DNA of 64,000 nt from Novakomyces olei (Eukaryota). The DNA lies in contig JADEYG010000009.1 of assembly GCA_016906335.1 (NCBI GenBank), positions 930,001 through 994,000 of the forward strand, read 5' to 3'. Both the position numbers and the translations under genes were made by a program. Below, piece by piece: positions 24,034 through 37,955 of the stretch. The notes under the pieces were generated by a model. It made no database searches. It was not told the DNA's origin and was given only the letters and a program-made list of their open reading frames with translations. Every line of letters starts with the position of its first letter. The first letter of the stretch is position 1.

Positions 24034-27000
24034 TTATTTCTCTTTTCGCCGCTTTGATTCATACTCATGCCAATCTCCATCGATCATTTTTAGTCTAAAT
24101 ATCATTAGCACCAAGCAAAGTATGCACAACTTACGTTTGACACCTTTCTGGTAGTGGTGCAGATTTCAAATAAGGATGCTCAACAACCTCTTTTGCTGTT
24201 GGCCGTGATGCTGGGTCGTACTGTAAAATTTGCTGAACAAAGGCGATGGCCGACTCTGACATTGAACTGTTCATTAGTAACTTTGGCCTCATTGATTATA
24301 TAATTATATATTTGATCTCTGCATTACAAGACCAGTCTGTTCTGTATTCTTTCCTGGCTTGAATTGCTATTCATTATTTATTGTTATTATTCATTCCCAA
24401 TTTTTTAATCGTCTTTAATTTCTAATAATCATTTCTTTCCTCTTTTTATTCTTACCCGTTCAAAACCTGTTCAAGCCGGTTAGGCTGATTCGCTTTCGGC
24501 CGTACTAGCGGGTACCAAGGAAGGTCCATAACTTCAGGCCATCGTTTCTCGTCCGGAGAACCCAGAACGGAGAAAATTTGATGGAGTTCGTTAACTTCAT
24601 CGTGGCCCGGAAAAAGCGCCTTCCTTGTAAACAGCTCTACAACAATACAGCCGGCACTCCACACATCGGCACTCGGTCCGTAGACAGTAGCACCGAGCAA
24701 AAGCTCGGGTGGCCTGTACCACAGGGTTATAACCCTGTTTGTATAGTTCAATTGCCTTTGCAGCTTATCGTAAAACCGGGCCAGTCCAAAGTCTGCCAGT
24801 TTAAGTTCGCCCACATTGTTCAAAAGGATATTTGAGCCCTTTATATCGCGGTGCAAAACGCCTCTTTGATGCAGGAAGTTTAATGCATTAAACAGCTGAA
24901 TCGTCAAATCTTTAACATGACACTCCTCAAATTGAAAGGCTTTGTTCGCTAGAATTCCCGTTAGATCATGGTCCATGTACTCGAGAACCATAAAAATGTG
25001 GTTGCTCTCCACCATCATTTCCATTAGCGATATTATATGAGGATGCCTCAAGGATTGCAACAGCCGAATCTCCCTTATCGCTGTAAAGGGGAACCCTTCA
25101 CGGTCGTTTTCGATTTTTATACGTTTTAATGCTACAACAGCACCTGTCAAAGTGTTTGAGGCCTTGTACACTTTTCCATAAGTGCCCTCTCCAACTTGTA
25201 CTTCCCGATGGTAGATTGGCTGTGAAAGGCCTTTAACAACAACCACCCGGCTCGGAAACGCGGGGTCAGCAACAAGGTTTTTCGTGAAATCAACAGATTC
25301 ATTTTTCAAATCATTTCGCAAATTATTTTTCATATTATTTTTCAGATTGGTTTCCTTATCGCCAACGCTGTCAATGTATCTATTAATATTATTTTTATTT
25401 CCAACTTTTGTGTCATTTTTATGAGCATCATTGATAATCGGCCTGCTTGGAGTGTGCCTGACTGAATCGCCTCCAAATCTGTCTGAAGACTGGTCCTGTC
25501 TTGTACTGATATCGCTGCTATTCATTGCAGACGAGCCCCATTGCTGCTCGTCTTTTTCTTTACTCGGTTTGGTATTGCCCTCTGCAATCCTTAACATCTC
25601 CGCTTCTTGTACCGACACTTTTCGCTCGACTGCATACTGCTTTTCATCAGAGGTCGGATTACTAGAAGGCTCTTGGCCTATTTTCTCCCGTTCAAGCACA
25701 GAGGACTGAGCTAATTTCTGGTTCTTTCCTCCACGATCATCCTCTGGCGGACTGAACCCAAGTGCTTGGATTCGTGCCCGTGAAGGCCGAGAGCCAGGAC
25801 CTAAGGGCGCATCAGCGTACTGCCTTGCTACTGGTAAGTGCTGTGTTTGCTTAAACCCTCTCCCTGCAGAATCAGGCTCTTCGTCAAAGAGATGGTGTCT
25901 GAACCGAGAATTAGGCTTCGAGTCCTGCTGATCATTCTGGCCGTGCTTGAGGGACTCTTGTGACCGAGAACGGGACGAATGGGCCGAGTACCGGCTCGAG
26001 GAACTCGGGTCCCTTTCCCGCCCTCTTTCAGCTGTGGGCGGAAAAGGATCTGTAGGCCTACCCCGACGGTCACGGGAACGATTACGGTTATTCTGAGGAG
26101 CATTTTGGTACCGCGAACTAGGAGACTTGCCATAACCAGCACCGCTCTGTAAACGACGGGCATTCGGCCTTGAACTTGCACGATCGTCATAGGGCTCAGT
26201 CCGCGGATTGACTTGCCGACTACTATCCTGGCGGTACCTGCCCGGTCCAGTGGGGGGGACGAGCTCGGGCTCGATTCTCCGCCTTGCCCGATCTGCGCCT
26301 GTGTCACCAAAATCTTCGTTATAGCGTTTGCGATACCCGTTTGACGGACTGCTGCAGTTAGAATAAACGAAACAGAGACATTGATAATGTTAATATTAAC
26401 AGAGATAATATACAAGTAAAAGTAGAACAATTGATAAAACGTATATGCAAACATATATTCTTTTTCAAAGTTCTTCAAGTTCAAATTCAATTTTTCTCAA
26501 TTTTAGTTTTGTACATTTTAGTCCTTTTTTCTTGTTTTGTTGTTTTATTATTTTAGTATTTTAGTATTTTTTGTTTATTATTTTTTATTATTATTATTTT
26601 TTTTTTTAATATTATTTATTTTCTTTTTTTATTTATTTTCTTTTTTGAACAAGGCACAAAAAATACCAATCTTTAAATTGCAAACTTACGTCTTGTCAAA
26701 ACCTGGTCCATCACGCCCGTACCTCTCAAATCTGTCATTCATATCCCTGCTGTCCGTCGTATAATCATTCTGGCCAGCAGAGCCATTAACTCCTTGATCA
26801 AACCGGCTTCGATGATCAATCTGACGGCGTTCATCAAACCTGCTGCTCTGTTCGAATCGTTCGAATCTATTAAACTTTTCAGGGTTTTCTCCAGCCCTTG
26901 CACGAGGCATTTCCTCTGTTCTGTTAAACCTTTCGAAATTTTTGAAATTTTCTGGTCGTTCGTCATAGCCAGAAAAGGCTGCGTTTTCACGGTCGCCGTT

Positions 27001-27140
27001 CAAGTACTCCTCCTCTGGCCCAAAGCCATGTGCAGACGACTGCGGTCTGCGCACGTCTCTGCCGGCACGAGCCTCGTAGTACGGAGGGTTATGGCTCTGA
27101 TCTGGAGGAGGGTACTCGTGGCCCGCAGGAGACCGAGTCG
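24034..27140 (-). CDS. CTK1: CTD kinase subunit alpha (Ctk1/Lsk1 CDK), 4 exons; start codon unresolved
   Basis: GEGTYGKV, EGFPFTAIREI, HRDIKGSN, YTNRVITLWYRPPELLLG, terminal WHEYESK; long RS/D-rich N-terminus; donors after 26690, after 24456 and at about 24134. Confidence 0.93.
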
Positions 27141-27212
27141 TATATTGGATAATACAATATGGAAATATATTGGATAATACAATATGGAAATATATTGGAT
27201 AATACAATATGG
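27141..27212. repeat. 25-nt tandem repeat, 2.9 copies (TATATTGGATAATACAATATGGAAA)
   Basis: Units 27141-27165, 27166-27190, 27191-27212. Confidence 0.95.
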
Positions 27213-27602
27213 CATTGGAAGAATATATACGGGACAAAATCTGGACCGGTAGTGAATGCTGTTTGGTGGCAGCCGATGCCGCTCTGTAATCCCATATACT
27301 TGCAAGAGACACAACGCGCTAAAAATACAGGAAACTAAAAGTATTTAAAGCACAATTTACTTTATCATTATAAAATTATCATTATACGTATAAGGCTGCT
27401 GAACAATTGGATATTGGTAATTTCAATGACCATCCACGATACATCTTTTAAACCATTAGGCATTTAAACTAGTACGATTATACACATATGCAGATCACAG
27501 TATGATTATACCAGCGTGCTGCATAGAGCATTGACTAAAAATTCGAGCTTTAACCATCAAAAAGACATTGTTCTATAATGATGACGATATCTTTGACCAA
27601 TT

Positions 27603-27855
27603 TCACTTTGATTTGGCATTCTCAACAGCCTCCTTGATGGGCTCTTTGATCGGGTGCTTGTCGTGCTCATGTACATATTCGATATGCTTATCCTCTAGAA
27701 TAAAAAGTTAGTAAATTTGCTCACATTTAGACTTCCGCCAACGTCCGACGGCACAGTAACGTACCCTTGAAAAGAAGGTAGCCAACACCCAAACCAAAAG
27801 TGGCCAGAGCAATAATTGGAACAGTTAATCCGCGAGATTTAGCTACTGGTGCCAT
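27603..27855 (-). CDS. 60-aa single-pass membrane microprotein (MAPVAKSRGLTVPIIALATFGLGVGYLLFKEDKHIEYVHEHDKHPIKEPIKEAVENAKSK)
   Basis: Exons 27855-27765 and 27694-27603 (183 nt); GTACGT donor, TACTAAC branch, TAG acceptor; ACAATGG start context. Confidence 0.85.
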
Positions 27856-28525
27856 TGTAATATATCGATTATGATTGATGGTTGCGTGTATGTAGGTCGT
27901 CGTGGGCTTGGATACACTTATATATCTACATAATCGTACTTATCCAGTCCGGATAAACATGAACCCGCTCAGGATCCGTACACTATTACTCAATCTATCG
28001 TTACTTGTAAATATATATACGTCATAACCGTTCCTCATATGCCGGTCTTGTCGATTAGGAGATAGCTATTACTTGGTACAAATACTTGTAATCTTATTGG
28101 TTATCTCTCGTTGCGTTTATGTTTGGCCATTTGTGTAACTGTGTTCTATGAAAACCGTTCTACACGAGAAATCACGTGGAGTAAAAGTTCAATGAATGAT
28201 GTTTTACTAATCATTTCTGTCAGTGTGAGCTCAGATCACGTCCGTTATGGTATGCCTGTACTCCTGAACCTTGCTCCTTTCAACTGTATATAAAATAAAC
28301 CATTTACTAGGGCAATTCTTTTGTAAAACGTAAGTATATATTCTCAAACTCGATATATGAAATGCCTTCCATGCAAAAACAAGCTCTACCCAAAATCTGA
28401 ACTATTGTATAAATGTTCCGTCTTCCCAAACTCTTGAAAACTCTCTTCAATAACCCACCGAAACAAAAGTATAGTAAACGGATAAAAACAAATAAAAAAG
28501 CATGTAATAAAGAACCTAGGCCTTT

Positions 28526-31476
28526 TTATGGTCCAGAAGACCGAACAGCTGTCGCGGCAGGCGAGGCTTGCGACCGTCCTCGGCCAGTGAAAAAAGAAAA
28601 CATTCGTTTTGTCGAACTTGAGCGCGGTACGCTGCTCGCAGTCGAAACTGATCGTGAATGTTTGGCTTGTGCTTGTTGATTTGAATGCTGATTTTCCTGA
28701 TTTATATTTGAATGTTGATTGGTAGCAGGTCTTGCATCTCTGCGTGCAGCATTTGAAGCTGAGAAAAGGAAAGAAGAAATGCCCGAGATTGTGCTCGACC
28801 TAGAAAATGACGACATTCTATCGGTCTTTGACCTTTTCTGAGGAGCAGTTTCACTTTCTTTCTTCTTCGTGTTATTTTCATAATGTGAGGCTTCTTTGGC
28901 TCTTGCTACGGGAAGACCGCTGAATGAGGAACCGGCTCGTTTATGGTCGAATGAAATGTCTCCACCCATGCTAACGGCTGCCTTTTTATGCTGATACTGA
29001 TTACGATTTGCAGGCGGTAATATTTTTGATTGAACTTGGCCAGTATGCTGAGTTGTTGGAACTTTGAATTGAGGGTCAGTTCCATTATCACCTTGACTCT
29101 TTTGAGATCGGTCGAATCCCGCTTGATCCAGTAAGGGACTGTGCTGCTGCTCTGATCTAACAATTTCACCGGGGGCATGGGTGAACGTGCTGCGAGCCGT
29201 GCTTCCAGTCCGTTGTAGAAAGCTGTTTCGTCTTCTATGCCAGTTTGTTCCTTCAGCAGCATTTGAAGAGGCAATAGAAGAAGAAGTATTACTGCGTGAA
29301 AGATTTTGTGCAGAAAATTGTGAAGCGTTTGTAAGAATCGGAGAGGTTTGCATTGATCCAGAATTCGCTCCTGTACTGTTTGCTGCCAAGGCAGCAAAAG
29401 CAGTAGCAGCATCGCCGGTGCTTCTTACCGTTGAAGCAAATGTCGGAGCTGCAAAGGAGGGATGAAAAGAAGTAGGCCTTGGCTTTGCTGCTGGAGCGGG
29501 GAGTTTGTTTAGCTGCTGATGATTTGGCTGTAGTGGAGCCATTGCCTCTTCTTGTCTTTGAAACGTTTCATACGCAGCATTTTCGTTTTGTTCAAGTCCA
29601 GTGAAGGTTGCACTGCGTTGCATTTTGGTGCTTTGATCAATAACACCACCTCCACTGACAATGCGAATACTAGATTGCACCTTTGCATTTGTGTTCGCAG
29701 AAGTATGAGCGTCCGCAGTAGAACCAGGCACTTGCAATGACGCCTTTGCCACTCTCTCGTCTACCGCATGTCTTTGGCTGTTCCTGTTTGTATTCCTTAC
29801 TGGCAAAGCAAACTCTGTTTGCATAGACAGCCGCTTATCAGCAGGCTGCCTCGGCGGCCTTAAAGGTCCGTTTGAGTGAATCGATGGAGTTGTTAAAACG
29901 GCCGGCGAAGGTGAGGGCCCTCTTTCCGAGACTGATCTCTCCATTCCCATAGACCGCATACCCGAGACTATATCGCTCGTCGCAGTCTCTGTTTTTTTAA
30001 CAGTTGCCGATTTGTTTGTGGTTTCAATTGCTGACTGCCTGGCAGACGTATCATGCTCAACTCTTTCCTGTTGGCTATACAAGATAGAATGAAAAGGATG
30101 AAGGAACGAATGTTGCTTCACCTCTTCCAATCCCACCCTTTTCTGTGGATTCGGCTGTAGAATCTTACGTAGTAAATCCCGTGCTAAAGGGCTCACGTAT
30201 TCTGGAAAAGTTAGAGCTGTTGTAGTGATATATTTGTATAGCAGCCCGATATTATCGCTGTTTGGATTATTCGGATCATCGTCAAACGGGAGGTAGCCAG
30301 CCAGCATACTGTAGAGAATCACCCCGCAGCTCCACACATCTACTTTACGGCCCTCGTAACGTAAATCTGATACTACCAGCTCGGGAGCCGCATAGCATGG
30401 ACTTCCACAGCTTGTCTCCATAAGATCAGCGACTCGCCGACCCGACCGGGTGAAGCAATCCTGCATTTCTATGCGCTCACGCGCATTAAAAACAGTGGCA
30501 AATCCAAAGTCTGTTATTATCATGTTCATATTGCGATCCAGCAATAGGTTTTCCTTGCCAAAGCGTTAGTTTATTTCTTTCAACAAAGCTTTTGAATCAT
30601 TCTTTTCAATAATGCTCTTTGCTTCTTGCTATATTCTGCAGTGGATTCTTTGTCGGTCTTTCCAATCTTTCATCCAATTTTTTTTTCCTTTTCTTCTTTT
30701 TATTCTTTTCTTTTATGCATACCAATTTAAGGTCTCGGTGTACGATTCCCTGGGAATGAAGGTAGCTGACTCCCGAAACAAGCTGAGCGAAAAGTCGCCC
30801 CGCCACTGCATCTTTGAGATACCGATATTTTAAAATATGATCAAATAGCTCGCCACCACTTGCATATTCCAGGACAATGCCGATATGTTTGTCGGACTCG
30901 AGCACATCTAAAAGCCGGACAATGTTCGGGTGCCTTACTCTCCGTAGAATACCAATTTCACGCTGCACTTTTGTCAGTTTTTCCCTTTCATTGGAGACTT
31001 GTTGTTTCCGAATAAGTTTGATAGCCACCTGTCGTTAGAATCAGTCTGAAAGAAATAGACAAAGGTATAGGAAACAACAACTAATCAAACAAAAGCTAAG
31101 CCGTGAATGAAAATAAATTAAATAAAAATTAATGAAAAGTTAAATTAAAAGTTAAATGAACTGAATAATGAATGAAAAAAAAAAATCAATCAGCAAATGT
31201 TCAATAATTCAAAGATTGCAAACAAACCTGAGTATCAAAATTTGTACTGTCACGCCGTTTAGGCCAACCCAGTTTAACTTTGCCGAACTCGCCTTCTCCC
31301 AAGGTACGGCCAAGTACCCAATCGCCAAATCTTATTTCCCTCCTAACTGACCGGGTACTACGTGCACCAGAGACAGAAGGAGGAGGCATTGCCAGTGTCA
31401 AGTTGCTGCTCACTGACGCGGATGAGGGAATAGCGTGTGTGTGCCCAGCACTCGCGGTCCCACCCACCATCACCAT
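28526..31476 (-). CDS. KIN4: Kin4/Ppk1/KfsA-family Ser/Thr kinase, 3 exons
   Basis: [68 protein letters not shown]; long S/T-rich tail. Confidence 0.9.
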
Positions 31477-32426
31477 TTCTAGTGTGGGGGTTTGATTCTA
31501 TTTAAAAAGCAGCTCAAGTATTGTGAAATTCGTTCCGCTTTCTTGTCTTTAGAGCAGTTTGAGGGCAAAATGAAGTGCTGATGGCATCAAAATGCCGTTG
31601 TTTACTGCGCGTTGTTGCGTATTGCCGTAAAGGACCGCGTGAGCGCGTTTAAGTAAGAAATCTAAGAAAACAAACACAATATTATTATTATTTTCATTCA
31701 TTATCATTATTATCATTACTTTGATAAGTATTTATTACTTTCTGTATAAAACAATGTGCCTAATCTTTAGTACTTTTGTAATATGGACAAAATATTGTCC
31801 GAAGCTTAACCCTAACATAGTTGCACGTGTTGTGGACTGTTAATGTATGGGTTAAGACGCGAGATGGTTTACGTACAACATTAATACACTTTTGCGCCAT
31901 AGGTTTACACGAAAATTAAGTCTTGCAAATCCACTCGTCTTGTGTGGTCCAAGTTCATTAGAGTACGCTCAGTTTTGTATTTTTAGACCCCGACTGGCAC
32001 CTGCATGCAGCTCTAACGCAGGAGATTTGTATGCAAAGAGGCTTATGCTCATATTAGTCAACAAGTGTTCGCTGCACTTTAATGCAGATACAAGCCTAGT
32101 AGATAAATGGTGAGCGCTATTACTATATTGAATTAATGGTATCATACTTGGTTATCAGTATCGAGGTTTGTGCGTATCCTTCTTAGCTCCTTGGATCTAT
32201 TCTATTTCATGTCGCATGGAAAGATCGACACCCCTACATAAAAAGGCGTCAATGACTTGCATAGTGTATGAGAGCATCAAGCAGTCTTGCGCATTTGTTT
32301 GCAATAACAATGATTAATTTTTTATTCTTTACAGCTCAAATTGATTAAATGAAAAGTGCATATCGCTCATCGGTGAATGACTTCTTTGATAGTGTCTACA
32401 GAGGTATGCAGATCGCCTAAACCTCT

Positions 32427-32638
32427 TCACTTTTTCTTTGCGTATTTCGCCTGAGCCTCTTTGAGCTTCTTGGCATCCTCCTGCTGTTTCTTTTTGAAGG
32501 CCAGATCTGTTTTATGGTTAACTTGTTTATATTATATCCAAACGAAACAATAAGAAGCTTACCTTCCTCGTCCAAATCCTTTTTTTCTTTTTTCCCCGTC
32601 TTGAGTGGCTTCAACTTTCCACCTTGTCGTCCCGACAT
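32427..32638 (-). CDS. TMA7: Translation machinery-associated protein 7, 2 exons
   Basis: MSGRQGGKLKPLK...LDEEDLAFKKKQQED; one intron; TGA at 32427. Confidence 0.92.
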
Positions 32639-32964
32639 GTCTCTTTTGCCGTTTCCTCCCGCTATTTGCTTTCGGTTCTCAAAGACGTGTACGTATTGCT
32701 AAGAGCTTTTGGCGAATTATGGTAGATTTATATTATAATCCATAAATTTCATGCTACAGTGTTATGTTTATCTTGTGGCAATAGTCTTGTGATAATTTGC
32801 AAATTAGATTAACTTCTAAACCGAAATCTGCTGAGCCATATTGGAAGATATTGCATAAAACTATTATATGTGAACGCGCCTCCATATATTAAAATATGTA
32901 TTCCGACAACCCATTTACCGGACGCTGCTGCCGTTGATTCGCTCAGGACATTAGCCAATTCCCC

Positions 32965-34520
32965 ATGAGCACTCTGCAAAAGCGGCATACCTCGACGAAA
33001 GCAAATAATGCAGCATCTGCTAAATCAAATGCCTCAGCCGACATTAAACAGTCTCTTTTAAGCTTTGAACAATTGCCTGTATGGCTCCAGGTATCGCAAT
33101 CATTGCAATTGTCACCTTTTGTATTTGCTAATTTCAAAAGGATAATCATTACATACGCCATTACTATCGGCCGCCTTCAAATTCATTATGCGCGTCTTTT
33201 GGATCAGTCTTTACGGTTCACAATGAGACAGGTACAAATTAAATAAGGATTCTTTTTATTTTATATTAATTAATTCATTATGTTTTATTTTTTTATTTTT
33301 AATTTTAATTTTTTGGTTTTGTTTTTAATATATAATACTTGAATGCCTTAATGTCGAGAACTTTCCTCATATACCTTTGACTTTTTGCTCCCACAATTCA
33401 AAAAGTTACTAACAAAAAAGTCAACATTTGGACTCACTTGTTAGGGTCTATTGTCGCTCTTGCAGTAGCGACGCTTTTACCGCGACTGTTACTCACTAAA
33501 TACTCTACGACTAATGAGGCCGATATTTTGGTTTTAGGAGCATTTTTGGCTGGAGCCACTATTTGCCTCGCAATGTCTGCCACGTATCATTCTATAAGCA
33601 ACCATTCAGCCCACGTAAATCGTATAGGAAACCAGCTCGATTATGCCGGGATAGTTTTTCTCATTGTCGGCTCGTTTTACGCCCCGATTTATTACGGTCT
33701 CGTTCGTACTCACCCACATTTAATGCGGTTTTATAGTGGGCTAATAACTATCTGTGGAGGGTTCACTCTATGTGTGACATTACATCCGAAGTTCAGGTCA
33801 CCAGCGTGGCGGTGAGTTTAATTTATTTTTTTGTTTATTTATTTAACGAATATTTTTCATAATTTGTCATTTTGTCATTTGATGTATACCAATTGTTAAA
33901 ATATAATCACGTTTTCGGTGTCTTTGAAAGCGAAACTAATTTACAGACCTTATCGAGCAGCACTTTTTGTCCTACTCGGACTTTCTGCCGTTTTCCCTGT
34001 GACCCATGCTCTTCGGCTTTTCCCTGCCGATATTCTTTCATCCTCAATGGGTTTGCCTTGGCTCATTTTACAAGGCATTTGCTACATTACAGGAGCAGTA
34101 ATTTACGCTTGTCGTGTTCCAGAGCGGTCTGCACCCGGCCGATTTGATCTTGTTGTAAGAGATGAGTATCATTTTATTTTTATTCTTATTATAATTATGT
34201 CATAACAATTTTTAATTTTCAGTGATGGCTCCTTGTCATTCATAAATTGCTTATAAACATATTTCCTCAGCTCAAAGCAGTCTTTTAAAAAAAGATTATG
34301 TCTTCGTGCACTACAGCCTTTTTAAAACAAACAAATTTCTAATTTATGAATTCAATTTTTATTATTATTCAATATTCCTATAATCATTCGAATTTTACTA
34401 ACCCTTATTCAGGGCTCTTCACACCAAATATTCCACGTTTTTGTTCTACTTGGCGCCGTCTCGCATTTTATCTGCATCCTGACATCATACCACAGCTACC
34501 ACAAGGCTCTAATACTTTAA
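32965..34520 (+). CDS. PAQR/hemolysin-III family membrane protein (IZH-type), 5 exons
   Basis: LPVWLQDN, HNETVNIWTH, SATYHSISNHS, LDYAGI, RVPER..PGRFD, GSSHQIFHVFV. Confidence 0.93.
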
Positions 34521-34591
34521 GACAAACGACTAAAAAATCAATAAATAGAATTAACCGCATTATAAAAGACAAAAGAATCGAGAAGCTTCAA

Positions 34592-37500
34592 TCACACTTT
34601 TATCTCTCGCCAACGCTCGTTATCTGTCTGTCGAGAGCGAATATATGCTAGCGTCCGCTCAAAGTGTTTCCGAACAAAATCATGATAAACGGCTGATGAA
34701 GTATCGGCCGATGGTTCATATATTGAAGAAGACGAGAGAATGGCGCCTGCATTCGCTCCCTTTCCAGAATCAATATTTCCACCAACAAAATTGGAAGAAG
34801 GCTCCTCCAGGCTCTCTATATTTTGGCGAGTCAGATCGATCAATCCGTTGAGTGCACGGGGAACAATCGTATCAACCTGTCGTTCGTAATAATAAATGTA
34901 CCGATTAAGCACCTCAATGAAAAGCTCAATAGAAACGGCCGGATCCATACAAGCATCTGCAGTTTTCAAGGCCTTTTGCATGCACTCGAGAAGCCTTTTG
35001 CTCTCATGAACCCCTACAGTACGCTCAGCGGAAACAGAATCGTCTGGCTGCCCTGTGCGATTCTCGTCTAACTCCTCAGACTGCTGCCACCACAGATGAC
35101 TGGCAAGGTAAACCATTCGAGTCTGGTCGGGTTTTTTGAGCAATTTTGCACCGTACAGAGCAATCCGTGTAATTAGGGTATCGTAATTGTCACGTGAAAG
35201 GTTCGTACTGGAATAAAGTGCGTTCGCTATAGCGCATATAGATTGAAACTGGGCACGTGACTCGGATATTGCTTCTTCATAGACGGCCAAAGCCTGCGCA
35301 AACAGCTCGTAAGCAGCAGATTCAAGTCCACATTGATCTGCGACTTGAGCGCCAGCAACAAACAGCCGCAAAGACAATTCAGGGACGCCCACTCGATTAT
35401 ATAATCCGGTCACTGTTTGATGGACTTGTTTTAATACTGCATTTGCTGTTTGCTTCCAATCGGTTTCTTCGCTGGCCGTTTCAAAAGAAGCAAGGTAATG
35501 CTGTCGTACAAGTTGAAGCATTTTAAATACTAGGGGCGGCATAATGTATTTTGCATTGTCGTTGCTGCTATCTGCAAAGGATTTCCGAGCAATTTGGAGT
35601 AACTGTCTGTTAGAGGATATAATCAAAAGGGTTTCGAGAACATTCAAAGGAGAACATCAAAGAAGAATATAAAGAAAATGCAAAGAAAGGAACGAGGTTT
35701 TACAGCCAAAGAAGAGGAAGAAGAATATTAAAATATAGAAAAATCGAGGAACCAAAGTTCTTAGAGAGCGCAGACAATAAGGCAAATAAATGTTTCGTTT
35801 CATATGATTGTCATAAATAAGCAAAAACAGGAGGGGAAAAATATATTTAAAATGATTAAAAACAATGACGACAGATAGTAAAAAACAACTAATGAATTGA
35901 AATAAATAAATTAATAAATAAAACTACCTTAAACTGCTCTTCCACGTTATCAGCGTCGAGGTAATGAACAATTTTAGCCATCCAGGTCTGCTCATCCGTA
36001 TTATCCGGAACAGATCGAGCGACAGCACTCATGGCAGATGGAGGCTGGCCGTTTCGCTTATTATTTTTGCTGCCCTCTGTAATTACAATCCTGATAACTC
36101 GGAGAATACCTTCCGCATGATTTTTAGTAGCAATTTTCACATTGTTCCTTAGTACTGCGTGTATTACCGCCACCGCCACGGACTTCCTCGTCGCTGGAGG
36201 CTGCATCTCAAGCAAAGGCAGGTAAGAAGGAAGCCCGAGAAAAGTGAACAGAGATTTGTAAGACGAAATGGGTGCTAAAAGTAAAGAGAGAACGTTTGCT
36301 TGGACATTGGGCGCTTTTAATTCCTCTTCACCAACTGTCTCTAGCTTTTCCCGAGTAAAAGCCAATATCTGATCAACGCTAGCGAATTCATTTGGATAGC
36401 AGCTCAATGACAATTGGCACAGACTTAGAAGCAGGGCAGTAACGTCAGCCAAAGCCAGGTCGGGTCGGGCTGAGATGAGTTCGACAATCTGTGTCCAGAA
36501 TATATTGACCAAGTGGATATTTGATGGAATCGCTGAAGAAACTGCAGAGTTGTCATTCTGCCCAAGGCCTGCTTTACTTTCTCCGTCTCTTCCACTCTCT
36601 TTGGATGGATCTTGCTCAAACGTATTGCTGCCTGAAATATGAGCAGACTGCTGCAGTTTGTTTACCAGAAACTCGTTTACTGCTGCCTCCTCGTTTTGCA
36701 CTTGCTGATCCACAGATACTGGCTTCGCCTCTCGAAGTGCAAAAGAGGATAGTCTATCCATCATGCACACAATAACCTGGCGAGCATTCACGTTAGGATT
36801 AAGCTTAATTGCAGCACCAAGGTACTGGTCCAAAGTTCGCAAATGCAATTCGTCAGAAAATGCTTGTACAATAACCTCCATGAGGTATTCCTGTGCTAAA
36901 ACGTCACGGCACTGAACAATCTGCTCCAAAATAGCGGGTAAAACCTGCTCTGAATAGTACTGCAGGTCTAGGTTCTCCAGCTGACTTAAACGCACAAGAT
37001 TAGTGCCTACTAGCGTCTTTAGTTCGAGCCTCTCGCGCTCGCGTTTAGCACGTTCCCGAGAATGGCCCTGGTGCTGGTACCGAATCCATAGTTTGTTCAT
37101 TTCTACAAAATTTGTCAATATAAAGTTCACCGAGTCTCGCAGGGACCCCTGTGGCGATTCTTCTTGTGACGTGGGCAACGAATTTTTCGTTTGGCCAGAC
37201 AAGTAGTGCCGTAAAAATAGACCCCTGTTTTGTCAATACTCTTGAGGTTTATAAGGCCTTTTCCTGTACAGCAAAAGATAGCTCACCTTATCGGATGCTG
37301 AACCCCACGGGACATTTCCATCATATCAATCATTATTTCACGCACTGGTGCGTCCGGGATACTCATGTACACACTAAACCGTTAGGAAATAGAAAAGATT
37401 GATCAAAACAAAAGCGTAGCATAACCCCAAATTAAGGCACACACAAAAAACCGCAATTGAATCCAATCTCGAAAACAAATAAACGAAGCAAAATCATGCA

Positions 37501-37955
37501 GAGCTAAATTACCTGCCCACGGTAATCATCAGGTATAGTCGTGGAACAACGTTGCCTGCGTATTGTACAAGTTCATACAAGTCGGCCAAGTGATGCCGTC
37601 CGGAAACGTGGGCATCATACAAGTATACGCTCAAGTAACGCAGTGCATCAAAGGCAGCCATGTCTGCAATTCCCGTTAGCTAAAGTCCTTTATCCATCGT
37701 CGTAAACATACAAAGTTCATAGTAATGCTTCGGTCCGAGAGCAGAAGACCGCAGTTCAGCGAGAAGAGTGCTACAGTTCTTGAGCCCATCCATAAGCTTT
37801 TCCTGGTCCAGTGCACGTTTTAAACTGGCAAACTGAGTGTGCACAATCTGTAAAGCATCTGCCAGTTCTTTGGCCTGTTGCTGTTCGTCAGCGATCGAAC
37901 TGGAAGCGGCTGCCACTGAGCCATTGCCGCTCGCAGTCTCGCTGGCCGTGGCCAT
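34592..37955 (-). CDS. VPS35: Retromer subunit Vps35, multi-exon
   Basis: [67 protein letters not shown]. Confidence 0.97.

Noticed and set aside
27141-27212. Short tandem repeats (here, 40224, 52465) as CRISPR-like arrays
   Set aside because: Head-to-tail repeats without spacers in a eukaryotic genome
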